A stretch of DNA of 64,000 nt, from positions 62,124,001-62,188,000 of the forward strand of contig NC_083234.1 of the NCBI RefSeq assembly GCF_032191835.1, given 5' to 3'. Position numbers and translations under genes: made by a program. Within the stretch, counting starts at the first letter, position 1. Every line of letters begins with the position of its first letter. The stretch is from Heteronotia binoei (Eukaryota). Positions 23,989-35,389 of this stretch are shown piece by piece. Below the pieces are notes generated by a model. It was not told the origin of the DNA. It searched no databases and saw only the letters and a list, made by a program, of their open reading frames with translations.

Positions 23989-24098
23989 GAACAAAGCAGG
24001 AGTCAAGTCGCATCTTTAAGACCAACCAGGTTTTATTAAGAACGTAAGCTTTCGTGTGCTCTCTAAGCACGCTTCATCAGACGAGGGGATCAGGTATT
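23989..24098 (-). mobile_element. Penelope-like element terminal fragment
   Basis: Minus strand reads ctgatgaag...cacgaaagcttacg...aataaaacctggttggtcttaaagatgcgacttgactcc. 15-bp TSD TGAGTTAAAGCAACT at 23974-23988 and 24099-24113. Confidence 0.7.
24043..24083 (-). ncRNA. Minimal type I hammerhead ribozyme motif (PLE-associated), predicted
   Basis: Minus-strand RNA CGU-CUGAUGA-A-GCGUGCU-UAGAG-AGCACAC-GAA-AGCU-U-ACG: 3-bp stem I, intact core, 7-position stem II with one mismatch, palindromic AGCU stem III. Confidence 0.6.
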
Positions 24099-25213
24099 TG
24101 AGTTAAAGCAACTTTATGCATTAATTAGTGTTATAGTACACTGTGTTTTTGTTCAGTTTTGCCCCACCTGGAGGCTGGCAACCAGGTTGGTAGTTATGAG
24201 GATAAGGTGGAGATGGAAAAAATGATGTGATAAACTGCTTTGGTCCCCTATGAGGGGGGGGAATGGGATATAAATAAAAATATAAAACAAATATTAGGCA
24301 AGCTACTTTTCTTTTAGTCCCTTCATGTTATATGGGGATATTATCAGTATTGACCTGCCTGATTGTTGTAAGGATGGGTTACATCATTTATGCAAAGTGC
24401 TTTGAATACTCAAAGCTGTTAATGTAAGTAGTAAATATTATTTATTATCATTAGTTCACTGTGATGAGGACACTTTATACTGACTGTGCTTGTGACTAAA
24501 TGGTCTTAGAAGTGTGCCATCAAATTGAAGAAGACTTCGAAAATAACAGAAAGGAACATGATCTTGAAACAAAACTCCTTGTACATAACTAGGTGAAACA
24601 GCTGCCAAAGATAATTGACTGAAAATGTTGAAAGTATTATAGCATTCTAAATTGCTCGCAAGTTTACTGATATTATCCATCTCCCAGTGCCATTATATTG
24701 TTGTATTTTTAAGAGGAAGGACAGAAACCTGGTGGCAGGTTGTTAGACTGAGGGGAGGGTGTGAAAGGCTATTAGAATTCCTGTCTAGGGCTGAAATCAC
24801 ATGCATTTTAAAGCTCTTTAAATATCATTCAGGAATCCTTTCCTGTTTCAGTTATTGCACATTGCCACAGTACAGTTCACAGGTTATATTATTCCCACTA
24901 TATATTTCACCACCCTCTATCCAGGTGTGCTAGAGAACAGACTATACTTCCCCCCTTTATATTTAATTGAACAATTCTGTTCATTGCCTTTGAATATGTT
25001 TATGTGTTTGTCATCCTTTGGTGTCTGTCTTGCAGTATTTATGGTTCAGTTTTTAAAAACATTTTTCCATTTAAATTCGTTATATAGCTTTACCTTTTAT
25101 AGCCCACAAGGAAGACAGTTTTATCAAAATATGTTCAACTCATGGGGATAATAAATTATTCCTTTCTGAGCCCCTTTTTTGGATATCCTCCTCTCTCTTT
25201 CTGGCTTTTTTGT

Positions 25214-28200
25214 TGGTTAAAACAATTTTTATTTGGTAACATATAGTAACAAAGTATATTTCTTGCATCCAACTAATAAAAACAAAAATTAATATTCTTT
25301 TTTCTAAAACTTAATCATTATCAAAAATTGTCCAATATCCTTTTATTTTCCACTCTTTTTCTGCATATTTTCTGAACTTTTCCCACTCCATCTTAAAAAC
25401 TTCTAAATCATAGTCTCTTAAAATTCTTGTTAATTTGTCCATTTCACTCCATGTCATAACTTTTACAATCCAATCCCATTTCTCTGGTATTTTTTCTTGC
25501 TTCCACAACTGCGCATATAATGTCCTAGCAGCTGAAAGCAAGTACCAAATTATAGTTCTATCTTCTTTTGGAAATTTTTCCATTTGTAATCCCAACAGAA
25601 AAGTCTCTGCAACTTTCTTAGATTCATATCCCAAGATCCTAGAAATTTCTTGTTGAATTATCTGCCAATACTTTTTTGCTCTTTCACAAGTCCACCACAT
25701 ATGGTAGATATTGGATTTAGAAGATATTGGATTTATATCCCGCCCTCCACTCCGAAGAGTCTCAGAGCGGCTCACAATCTCCTTTACCTTCCTCCCCCAC
25801 AACAGACACCCTGTGAGGTGAGTGGGGCTGGAGAGGGCTCTCACAGCAGCTGCCCTTTCAAGGACAACCTCTGCCAGAGCTATGGCTGACCCAAGGCTAT
25901 TCCAGCAGGTGCAAGTGGAGGAGGGGGGGAATCAAACCCGGCTCTCCCAGATAAGAGTCCGCACACTTAACCACTACACCAAACTGGCTCTCCAGAAAGA
26001 ACATGTTTTTTTTAGATTTCCAGCATCTGTCTGGCATCTTATTATTCATCTTTGCCAATTTCTTAGGAGTCATATACCATCTATACATCATTTAAAAACA
26101 GTTCTTTTTAATACCATGATACGTTGAAAGCTTCATAGAGTTCTTCCACAAATATTCCCAAGTTTCCATCCGTATTTCTTTATTTACATTAATTGCCCAC
26201 TTAATCATTTGAGATTTTACTACTTCATCTTCCGTAGACCATTTTAAAAGTAATTTATATAATTTTGAAATTAATTTTTCATTGTCTTCAAGCAGAACTT
26301 TTTTCATTTCTGTTTGTTCTTTTCTTATTCCTTCAGTTTTGATATCATTCTCGACCAAGCTCTTTATTTGTTGCATTTGAAACCAATCATATTTATTATT
26401 CAGCTCTTCAGCAGTTTTCAATTCTATTTTGCCACTTTTTAATAGTTGATTATATGACAGCCACTTTTCTTCACCCATCTCAGCTGTTATTTTTATCACT
26501 TCGGCTGGCACTATCCATAACGGTTTTCTCTCATCTCCATATTTCTTATATTTCATCCATGGATTTAGCAAGCTGTTTCTTATATAATGGTGAGAGAAAA
26601 AGCCGTCTATCTCCCCCCCCCCCCATAATACATATAAGCATGCCAGCCAAATTTATTTCCATGACCTTCCAACCCTAAGAGTTTTTTGTTTAACAACATT
26701 ATCCATTCTTTTATCCATACTAAGCAAACTGCTTCATGATATAATTTTAAGTCTGGTAATTGAAATCCGCCTCTCTCTTTTGCATCTGTTAAAATTTTCA
26801 TTTTAATTCTTGGTTTCTTCCCCGCCCACACAAACTCTGAAATTTTTCTTTGCCATCTATTAAATTGTTTACTGTCTTTCACAATCGGAATAATTTGAAA
26901 CAAATACATTATTCTTGGTAGAATATTCATTTTAATTGTGGCTATTCTACCCAACAGTGACAAATTAAGTTTATTCCACTTTAACATATCTTCATTCATT
27001 TTACACCATAGCTTCTCATAATTATTTTTGAACAAATCAATATTCTTCATTGTTATCTCCACACCCAAATATTTTACCTTGGAGGTAACTTCACAGCCCG
27101 TTAGTCTCTGCAATTCTTGTTGCTTATTTATTTGCATATTTTTACATAGAAGTTTTTATTTTTCTTTATTAATACAAAGTCCCGCTAACTCCCCATATTC
27201 TTGTATTTTGGCTAACAACAAAGGTGTGACTTGCATGGGGTTTTCATTTATAAACATTATATCATCTGCAAATGCTCTGTATTTGTAAGTAAATCCTTTT
27301 ACTTTTAATCCTTCTATTTCTTTATCTTCTTGAATTTGCATCAGTAATATTTCAAGAGTCATTATAAACAACAGTGGAGAAAGTGGACAACCTTGTCTTG
27401 TACCTTTACTAATTATCATGTCTTCTATAAGATCAGCATTTATACATAACCTTGCACGTTGTTCAGTATATATTGCTTTTATCATTCTTATAAAGCTTTC
27501 TCCCAGCTCCATTTTCTCCATTACTGCAAACATAAAATCCCAATTTAAATTGTCAAATGCTTTCTCTGCGTCCGCAAAGAATAATGCTACTTCCTTTTCT
27601 GGATGTCTTTCATAATATTCTACAATATTTACAACAGTTCTGATATTGTCTCTTATTTGCCTTTTGGGAAGAAAACCAGCTTGATCTTCCTTTATAAAAT
27701 TTATCAAATATTGTTTAAACCATTCTGCCAAGGTTCTTGTATATATTTTATAGTCATTATTTAATAATGAAATTGGTCTATAATTTTTTATGTTCGCAAC
27801 ATCTCTATCTTACTTTGGAATCAATGAAATAACATAGAAGTTTTTATTTTTACATAGAATACCACATGTTTGGTATTTTCCCTTTTGTTCTTATCATATT
27901 CATCAATTTCTGAAGTTTCGGTATTAACTCCTCTTTGAGAGTTTTAAAAAATTTAGCTGTATATCCATCTGGCCCAGGTGCTTTTCCATTTTCCATTGCA
28001 TTAATTGCTGCTTCAATTTCTATTTTTTCAATTGGATCGTTCAAAACTTTTCGCATATATTCTGCTAAGGGTGCTATTTTTATCTTTTGTAAATACTCAT
28101 CCATCTTTTCTTTCCTTGCTTTAACACATTTAAATAACTTGGCATAATACTTAAAGAATTCTCTTTTTATTCCTTCTTGATCTACCACCTCTCTTCCATC

Positions 28201-31195
28201 CACCACAATTTTATTAATAATTTTTCTTTCTCTTTTTTTCTTCAGTTGCCAGGCCAAATATTTTCTGGGTTAGTCTGCTCCCTCGAAAGATTTCTGCTGC
28301 AGTCTTTTTAGATTCCATTCCAGTTCTTTATTTAACAAATGTCTCATTTGCATTTGTAATATTGTAATCACCCTAATAATTTTCTTTTTCCCTGGCCCTT
28401 TTCTCAGTTCCCCTTCTTTTTTTCTTTATTTCATTTTGAATGTCCAACATCTGTTTTTCTTTTGCCCTCTTATCTTTGTTATTCAATGTAAATATTCCTC
28501 TCATTACTGCTTTATAAGCATCCCAGACTGTCTGAAATTCTATATCCTCTTTATCGTTTATTTGGAAGAAAGCTTTAGTTTCATTTTCCAGAGATGTCAC
28601 TATTTCTTTATTCTGTAGTAAATCCTCATTCAATCTCCATCTTCTCAACTTCTTAGACAATTTTGTAATCCACATTATTGGGTTATGGTCAGCCCCTATT
28701 TTAGGTAAAATCTCTATTTTCTTTGTTATAAGGCCTAAGTCTTTAGTGCCCCACAACATGTCAATTCTGGAAAAAGTTTTATGTCTTGCTGAAAAAAAGG
28801 TATAGTCCCGCACTTCAGGATTAAATTTCCTCCATATATCCTCCAATTTTTCTTGTTTGACCAATTCAAAAAAAGACTTTGGCAATTTTCCTTCCTTATT
28901 AATTTTTTACCCCCAGACCTATCCAGTGTATTCTTAATTGTTCCATTAAAGTCCCCCATTATCAAAACTTGGTCATAAGTCAATTCATCAAATTGTTGTA
29001 TAATGTCTTTTTTAAAAAAGCATCCTTTGCACCAATTGGTGCATACAGTCCCAATAACAATGTTTTTTTTGCATTTAATATTATTTCTACCACTACAAAT
29101 CTTCCATCTTTATCTTTAAACACTAATTTCGGCTCCAATTCTTAATATAAAAAAATCATTCCCCTTTTCTTCTGTTCAGCCAATGAATAAAATTCTAGTC
29201 CCAGTTGTTTATTCCATTAAAAATTGTAATCCTTTTGTTTGAGATGCACTTCTTGTAAACAAACTATATTACAATTTTGCTTTTTAATCCAATGAAACGT
29301 TGCCTTTCTTTTTTGTGGTGAATTTAGTCCATTTACATTCCAAGATAATAATTTGTAATCCATCATGGTGCAAATTCTTTATGTTCTTTATAAAACCTAC
29401 GCAGTTCCTGTGTGCTTGTAATTGTAATCCTTCTTCCTTGCAGCTCAAAGCTCAGACCTTCAGGTATTATCCATCTATACCTCATTTCATTGTCACGTAG
29501 TTTTTCTGTCAATCTTTTATATGCTTTTCTGTCATTTATCACTTGTCTTGGCAATTCTTTCATGATTCTTACTTCGCTACCTCCCACTATCAATGTCTTT
29601 TCAAAATTTTTATTCAATTTTTTTCCCACCATTTCTTTTGTCATATATCTTATAACCACATCTCTTGGTAGATTATTTTTTTGGGCATATAGTGAGTTCA
29701 CTCTATATATATAGTCATACATGCTTCTAGTTCCTTCAGGATCTTCCTCCTAAAATTCTGCAATTATTCTTATTGTATATCCTTTTAAATCAGTCTCTTC
29801 ATCCTCAGGTACTCCTCTCAGACGTATCTGGGTTTCCATCAATTTGCAGTCATGAATTGCCACCTTTTCTTGCATTTTTAACAAGGTGGAATCATGTACT
29901 TTCACTCTCTCTTCCACCTCTTGCACTTTCTTTGATGTTACCACAGTCTCATTTCTGAGATCTTCTATATCTTTCCATAGCTCTTCAATGTCTTTTCTAA
30001 TTTCTTTTTTAGAGGCAGTTATCATGTCTCTCACCCCTTTCATCATCCTGGCTTCCATTGCTTCTAATTGCTCTTGCATTTTCTCCATTGAGGCAGTCCT
30101 TGCACAGGTTAACTTATGCTCTGACATTTAAAAAAACACCGAAAATTTTGACCTCTCCCAAATAAATTTAAACTATCAGGTTTGATAGAGTAAGGCTTGC
30201 CCTTTTAAATAAGCCTAATTTCGCCATCCTCAGAGCCTCCTGGGCTCAGATATTAATTTTTAAAGTTTTTATTTCTTCCAAAATGGCGGTCGCAACTTTC
30301 TGCTTCCCTTTAAAAACTTTTTTCCTTCAAAAGGCTTCTAAAATAATTATCAGCGATAATGTCCAATAGTATTTACTTTATAATTGTCACCTCTGTCAGC
30401 CTCACCAATTTTTAATGTCCCAAACACTTTAAAAACTTTGTTTAAATTTTTACCTCCTAGCAATGACCGCCGATGTTTTTCTATGATATTATAGTCCTAG
30501 AGTAGGCTAGCTGCTTCAATGATTTCCCATTTCCATCTGACACTTCCTGCTTTTCTTGCCACCAAATCCCGTTTTCACTGGTAAAAAGATCTCGAGGTAT
30601 TTCCTGTGTTGACTGTGAGAGCTGCAAATCTGTTACGATGGGGCTTTTTCACCAAAACCTCAAGTAGATAAAACAATAAATTCCTTTCCACTTTTTAGCA
30701 CTGTCCTTTAAATTTACAAAGTTCAAATTTCACCCCTTCTCCCCTTCTTCTTCCAAGCTTTCTGAATCTCTATTTCCCACTTTCTGATTTTTTTTTGTTT
30801 AACTTTAAATAGTCCTGGAATGAAGATAGTCATCAGTACCTTTTTCTGCAGTTATCCAGCTCCAACACTGGTCTTATATAGTTTTAGATGTTTAGCAGTC
30901 TCAAAGAAGGTTAGGATCCTATCGAGCTTATGTCAAACAAATGACTCTGGAAACTTCTGCAGATGATGAATATGCAGCTCATCTCCGGAGACCCCTCAAA
31001 GGAGCCCCCCCCCAGGACTCCCTTTTAGCCAAGGTAAATCTCCTCAGAGTTTCTTGTGCATATCTTGGACTGATCTCTGACTGAGAAAAGTAGGCAGTAG
31101 TCATTAAATTGCCCTCCACTACCCCGAACAGAAGCCCCAGCCTGCTCCCCTTCTGAGAAGCAATTCAGCTTGGCATTTTCCAACCCCGGAAGTCC
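25214..31195 (-). mobile_element. Full-length but disabled L1-clade LINE, antisense in intron 6
   Basis: 5' end GGACTTCCGG at 31195 and about 1 kb 5' UTR. ORF1 pieces 30127-29750 and 29722-29363 (coiled coil, IRLRGVPE, RWIIPEGLSF). ORF2 pieces: endonuclease (MGDFNG, SRID, ADHNP), RT (GTRQGCPLSPLLF, AFADD), C-terminal HMWWTC. TSD tct(c/a)tttctggcttttttgt at 25194-25213 and 31196-31215. Confidence 0.93.
25709..25992 (-). mobile_element. Young gecko-type tRNA-derived SINE inserted into L1 ORF2
   Basis: Near-exact reverse complement of 49631-49922; splits the L1 RCWK...YHMWWTC knuckle. The tail carries a duplicated agatattggattt. Confidence 0.9.
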
Positions 31196-31214
31196 TCTAT
31201 TTCTGGCTTTTTTG

Positions 31215-31414
31215 TAGGGTTGCCAGCCTTCAGGTGGAGGCTCCCACTTTTACAACTGATCTCCAGCAGGCAGAGATCAGTTCCTCTGGAGAAAATGGCT
31301 GCTTTGAAGGGTAGACTCTGTGGCATTGTACCCTGCTGAGGCCCCTCCCCTCCCCAAACCCCGTCTTCTCCCAGATCCACCCACAAAGTCTCCAACACAG
31401 ACCTGGCAACCCTA
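31215..31414. mobile_element. hAT-type MITE (TAGGGTTGCCA family)
   Basis: Perfect 11-bp TIRs tagggttgcca/tggcaacccta; perfect 8-bp TSD CTTTTTTG at 31207-31214 and 31415-31422. Confidence 0.92.
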
Positions 31415-31760
31415 CTTTTTTGTGTTGTCACTTTTAAAATGTTGACTCTGTTGGGGGACAAGTGTACAAGTCACTGGAACAGATGTCAGTTGCCAGACTG
31501 GGCTGAAGTATGTTGCTGCCATGCCAGGAGGCCACACCTCTCCAGGCTTTCCCATCTGATGCTGATTGTATACAGAAGTGCCATTACAGATATACAGTGC
31601 TTTACACCTGATTAGGTGTGTGAGGTCCATTTACAGCCAGCATTTCTGCCCTTTTCTCACTCCATTATCTTAGCTCCTGTAAATGCTAGCTGAATTTTGC
31701 CGGTGTCTCAGATGTCATACAGTGTTGGATCAAGTGGCCTCACTGATGGACCTCCTGATT

Positions 31761-31841
31761 GCACCTGGTTTTTTTGGCCAGCGTGTTGGACTTGATGGGC
31801 CATTAGCCTGATCCCAACATGGCTTCTCTTATGTTCTTATG
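31761..31841 (+). mobile_element. CR1 3' terminus
   Basis: gtgttggacttgatgggccattagcctgatcccaacatggcttctcttatgttcttatg; same family as 43118-43560 and the array at 34583. Confidence 0.8.
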
Positions 31842-31898
31842 TTTTTAAGTGCCATTGTTAGTTCAGTTCATAGTGCTGGTTTTGACCATTGAACCATT

Positions 31899-32133
31899 GA
31901 AGTGGTGCAGGGAGTTAAGAGTGTTGGTCTAAGATCTGGGAGACCCAGGTTCCAATGCCTGCTCTGCTGTGGAAGCATGCTGGGTGACCTTGGGCCAATT
32001 AAACACTGTCAGTCTAACCTACCTCAAAGGGCTGCTGTGAAGATAAAATGGAGGAGAGGAGAACTATATAACCTGCTTTGTGTTCCTACTGCGGAGACCA
32101 GTGCGGTATAAAGGAAATAAATATATAAATAAA
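31899..32133 (+). mobile_element. MIR/Squam3-like SINE
   Basis: gttaagagtgttgg...gggagacccaggttc...ctgggtgaccttgggcca...ctaacctacctca core and aataaat tail. Confidence 0.75.
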
Positions 32134-34452
32134 TGGTCTGACCCAGGGTACCTTGAATACCATCTGCTCCCATGTAAGTATAACTGGATTTTCCATAGAC
32201 GCCCTGCTTCATGTGCTTGCAGTCTGATGTAGGGCTCTGGTCCTGTGGACTTTTAAATGCAGACCTCTGACTATCCCTTTAGGATGAGTCTGATATTCGG
32301 GAATTATCAGGTGATGTTATTTAGTTCTCTGGCATGAAAAGTGTCAACTGCCCACTTTCGCATATTAAGCCTGTATCCAAGGGACCGGACTTCTTTGTTT
32401 CCTGGCCAGCTGGCAACCCTAACAGTAAGCAGCTGTGCAAGACAGGACCTTTTCTCTCCAGTCCTTATTAATCCTTATGTGCCAAGCCGAAGGAGTCCTT
32501 TTCTGGAGAATTTTTGGGGATTCTTAACTTTTGAATTCTGCAATATACAGCTAATGCTGCTGTCGTCCTGCTGTGATTAGCTTTGTTGGTTTTATTTGTA
32601 GTTTAAGTTATTTATTTGAATATGTATCATAGTCAGTTTTTATTAGCTGTCTTGGAGAATCTCCTCTTGAGCTACACTTGGCTGTGGCTGACCATTCTAT
32701 CACTGCTTTGGTCTTCTCTCCACATGCTGTATGAGCAAGCAGCACCACTGCTGAGGCTTGGTTTGGACCCCCTTACTAGTGGGATGGAGCTGGGGAATGA
32801 CCAGCATAGGCTACCAATAGTGTTGTCAATCTCCAGGTGGTGGCTGGAAATCTCCCACTGTTACAACTGACGTAAATTATAGGGAGCTGCAATTTTACTA
32901 ATTGTTTTGATATATTTTAAATGGGGGTTGCTGACTGAATAACCATGCCTTTTTAGGGTAGATTTATCTACTGAATTTTTAAACGTACATAATTGCTCTG
33001 TAATATGTCGGTGGCTTAATGTTTCTTTTTTATACTGTTTGTGTGCCTCTGAAGTCAAGTTGAGCCTCTGCAGTGATTCAACTCATTGTTTAACCCAGTA
33101 ATTTAACCCACTGAATACAAGGCATCTTTTTCCATACCAGGTTTCTTAAATGGGAGTTGTTGATTTGAGAGGAGATTTGTGGAAAATCTGGGAGGTTGTG
33201 TGTGTGTGGTACAGAATATGTACCATGCTAGGTCACAGCTTTTACATTTCTTGGCTGTTGGGAACCCCACTTGAACTGGAATCTTGTAGAGTTAGTGGTT
33301 ATTGGAAGGGGTCAGAGTTGCTAGGTATTACTTGGCCATTGGTGTGGAACTGCAGTCCTCTTCTTTGTGTGTGTGTGTGTTTTTTTTGTGAATACAAAGT
33401 GAATGTGATACAGTGGCATCACCTGGAAGCAAGCCTTGAATTCAACAGGACCTCACAGGAGCACAGCTCCTGAACTTTTCTGAGAGTTCCCCCTCCTCCT
33501 CCCTACCTACCGACCTTGTCCATTGAATAGTAGGTGCAGCTGCATAACAATCCCTGGATGAGCTCCACTACTAGGCTTGCCAATCCCTAGGTCCCAGCAG
33601 GGGTCCTTCCACTTTCCCAGGCTACTTTCTGCTTCCAGTAAGCTGGCCGGCAGGGGGGAAGCCGGCAGGGGGGAAGCCACCCCCAGAGGGTCATGTGCTT
33701 TTCCAGCTCCGGAGGCTTCAGCCTCCGATTAAAGGCTTCCTCTTGGGATGGGGTGTCTGTAGGGTGACCATAATGTCTGAAGGCCAGCCAGGGACACGTT
33801 GGGAAGGGGGGGAAGGTAGGGGTGCGCGCGCGCGAAGCGCGCGCGCCGCCGGAAACAGGAAGTGACATCACTTCCTGTGACATCATTTCCCCGCGTCACC
33901 TGCTGGAAATGGGAAATGACATGCTTCCAGGGGGCCGGCGCAGCGGCACGCCGAAGCAGCCTGTCACTAATAACACAGGTCGAGATGCAGGACAGGAACC
34001 CGGAAGTGACCGACAGGCTGCTTCAGCGTGCCGCTGCGCCGGCCCCCTGGGCCCCACAACGATGGGACCGATGCCACAGGGACGGGCTCGAAACACTCTA
34101 TAACCCCTCAAAAGAACAGCAGTCTAGCTCGCTTCCCCCGAGCCCTGCCGCCATAAGCCTCAAGGGGGCTCATTTTGCGGCATCTCCCGGCGGGAGGGTG
34201 GCACCCGCACGGGACACATATCAAATGAAAGAGGGGGCGCAGGGCTATCAGAAACAGCCGGCGGAGGGAGTCACGAGACCACCCCACTGGGGGATCCACA
34301 CCCCGAAAGTGATGAAGGTGGCGCAGACAGAGCCAACAGAGCCAACAGGACAAAATAAATAGGCTGCATTATGCAGCACAGTTGAGAAAGTGCCTTATCC
34401 CATATACTGATGAAGTAAATACAGGATCTGAGAACAAAATTGCACCAGAAGA

Positions 34453-34582
34453 CACAAACACAAAGCTCCCTTACACTGAATCAGTGCTTGGGTCCACCAA
34501 AGTCAGTATTATCTACTCCAGTCACAAACACAAAGCTCCCTTACACTGAATCAGTGCTTGGGTCCACCAAAGTCAGTATTGT
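34453..34582 (-). repeat. Two tandem copies (70-bp period) of a CR1-type 3' terminus
   Basis: Minus strand reads ...gtagataatactgactttggtggacccaagcactgattcagtgtaagggagctttgtgtttgtg, resembling the CR1 3' UTR type gacaatactga...gactcagtataaggcagctt. The second copy is shorter. Confidence 0.75.
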
Positions 34583-35389
34583 CACATAAGAACATAAGAG
34601 AAGCCCTGTTGGATCAGGCCAGTGGCCCATCCAGTCCAACACTCTGCGTCACATAAGAACATAAGAGAAGCCCTGTTGCATCAGGCCAGTGGCCCCTCCA
34701 GTCCAACACTCTGTGTAACATAAGAATATAAGAGAAGCCCTGTTGCATCAGGCCAGTGGCCCCTCCAGTCCAACACTCTGTGCCACATAAAAATATAAGA
34801 GAAGCCCTGTTGCATCAGACCAATGGCCCCTCCAGTCCAACACTCTGTGCCACATAAAAATATAAGAGAAGCCCTGTTGCATCAGACCAATGGCTCATCC
34901 ACTCCACCACTCTGGTCACATAAGAACATAAGAGAAGCCCTGTTAGATCAGGCCAGTGGCCCCTCCAGTCCAACACTCTGTGTCACATAAGAACATAAGA
35001 GAAGCCCTGTTGGATCAGGCCAGTGGCCCCTCCAGTCCAACACTCTGTGCCACATAAAAATATAAGAGAAGCCCTGTTGCATCAGACCAATGGCTCATCC
35101 ACTCCACCACTCTGGTCACATAAGAACATAAGAGAAGCCCTGTTAGATCAGGCCAGTGGCCCCTCCAGTCCAACACTCTGTGTCACATAAGAACATAAGA
35201 GAAGCCCTGTTGGATCAGGCCAGTGGCCCCTCCAGTCCAACACTCTGTGTCACATAAAAATATAAGAGAAGCCCTGTTGCATCAGGCCAGTGGCCCCTCC
35301 AGTCCAACACTCTATGTCACATAAGAACATAAGAGAAGCCCTGTTGGATCAGGCCAGTGGCCCCTCCAGTCCAACACTCTGTGTCACAT
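34583..35389 (-). repeat. Tandem array of 66/67-bp CR1 3' termini (12 full units plus the start of a 13th, running into a gap)
   Basis: Units start at 34583, 34650, 34717, 34784, 34851, 34917, 34984, 35051, 35117, 35184, 35251, 35318 and 35385. The unit matches the CR1 end at 43118-43190. Confidence 0.95.

Larger units (their letters stand above)
23405..24160. repeat. Long inverted repeat (foldback) insert with arms of about 290 bp
   Basis: Left arm about 23440-23727 is the diverged reverse complement of about 23750-24160 (excluding the PLE insert). Flanked by gcc(t/c)cacctggaggctg at 23388-23404 and 24161-24177. Confidence 0.85.
23205..24182. mobile_element. hAT-type MITE (TAGGGTTGCCA family) holding a foldback insert
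   Basis: taggattgcca ... tggcaac (last 4 nt of the TIR missing); 8-bp TSD CAGGTTGG at 23197-23204 and 24183-24190. Confidence 0.8.
23068..24290 (+). mobile_element. MIR/Squam3-like SINE split by a nested MITE
   Basis: Head gagagccagtgtggtg at 23068; body stops at 23204 and resumes at 24191 (tagttatgaggataaggtggag...gggatataaataaaa). Confidence 0.8.

Noticed and set aside
25311-30127. Host protein-coding gene on the minus strand
   Set aside because: All fragments are L1 ORF1/ORF2 with frameshifts and stops.
34583-35389. CRISPR-like array
   Set aside because: Units are contiguous copies with no unique spacers, they match a CR1 3' end, and the context is a vertebrate intron with no cas genes.
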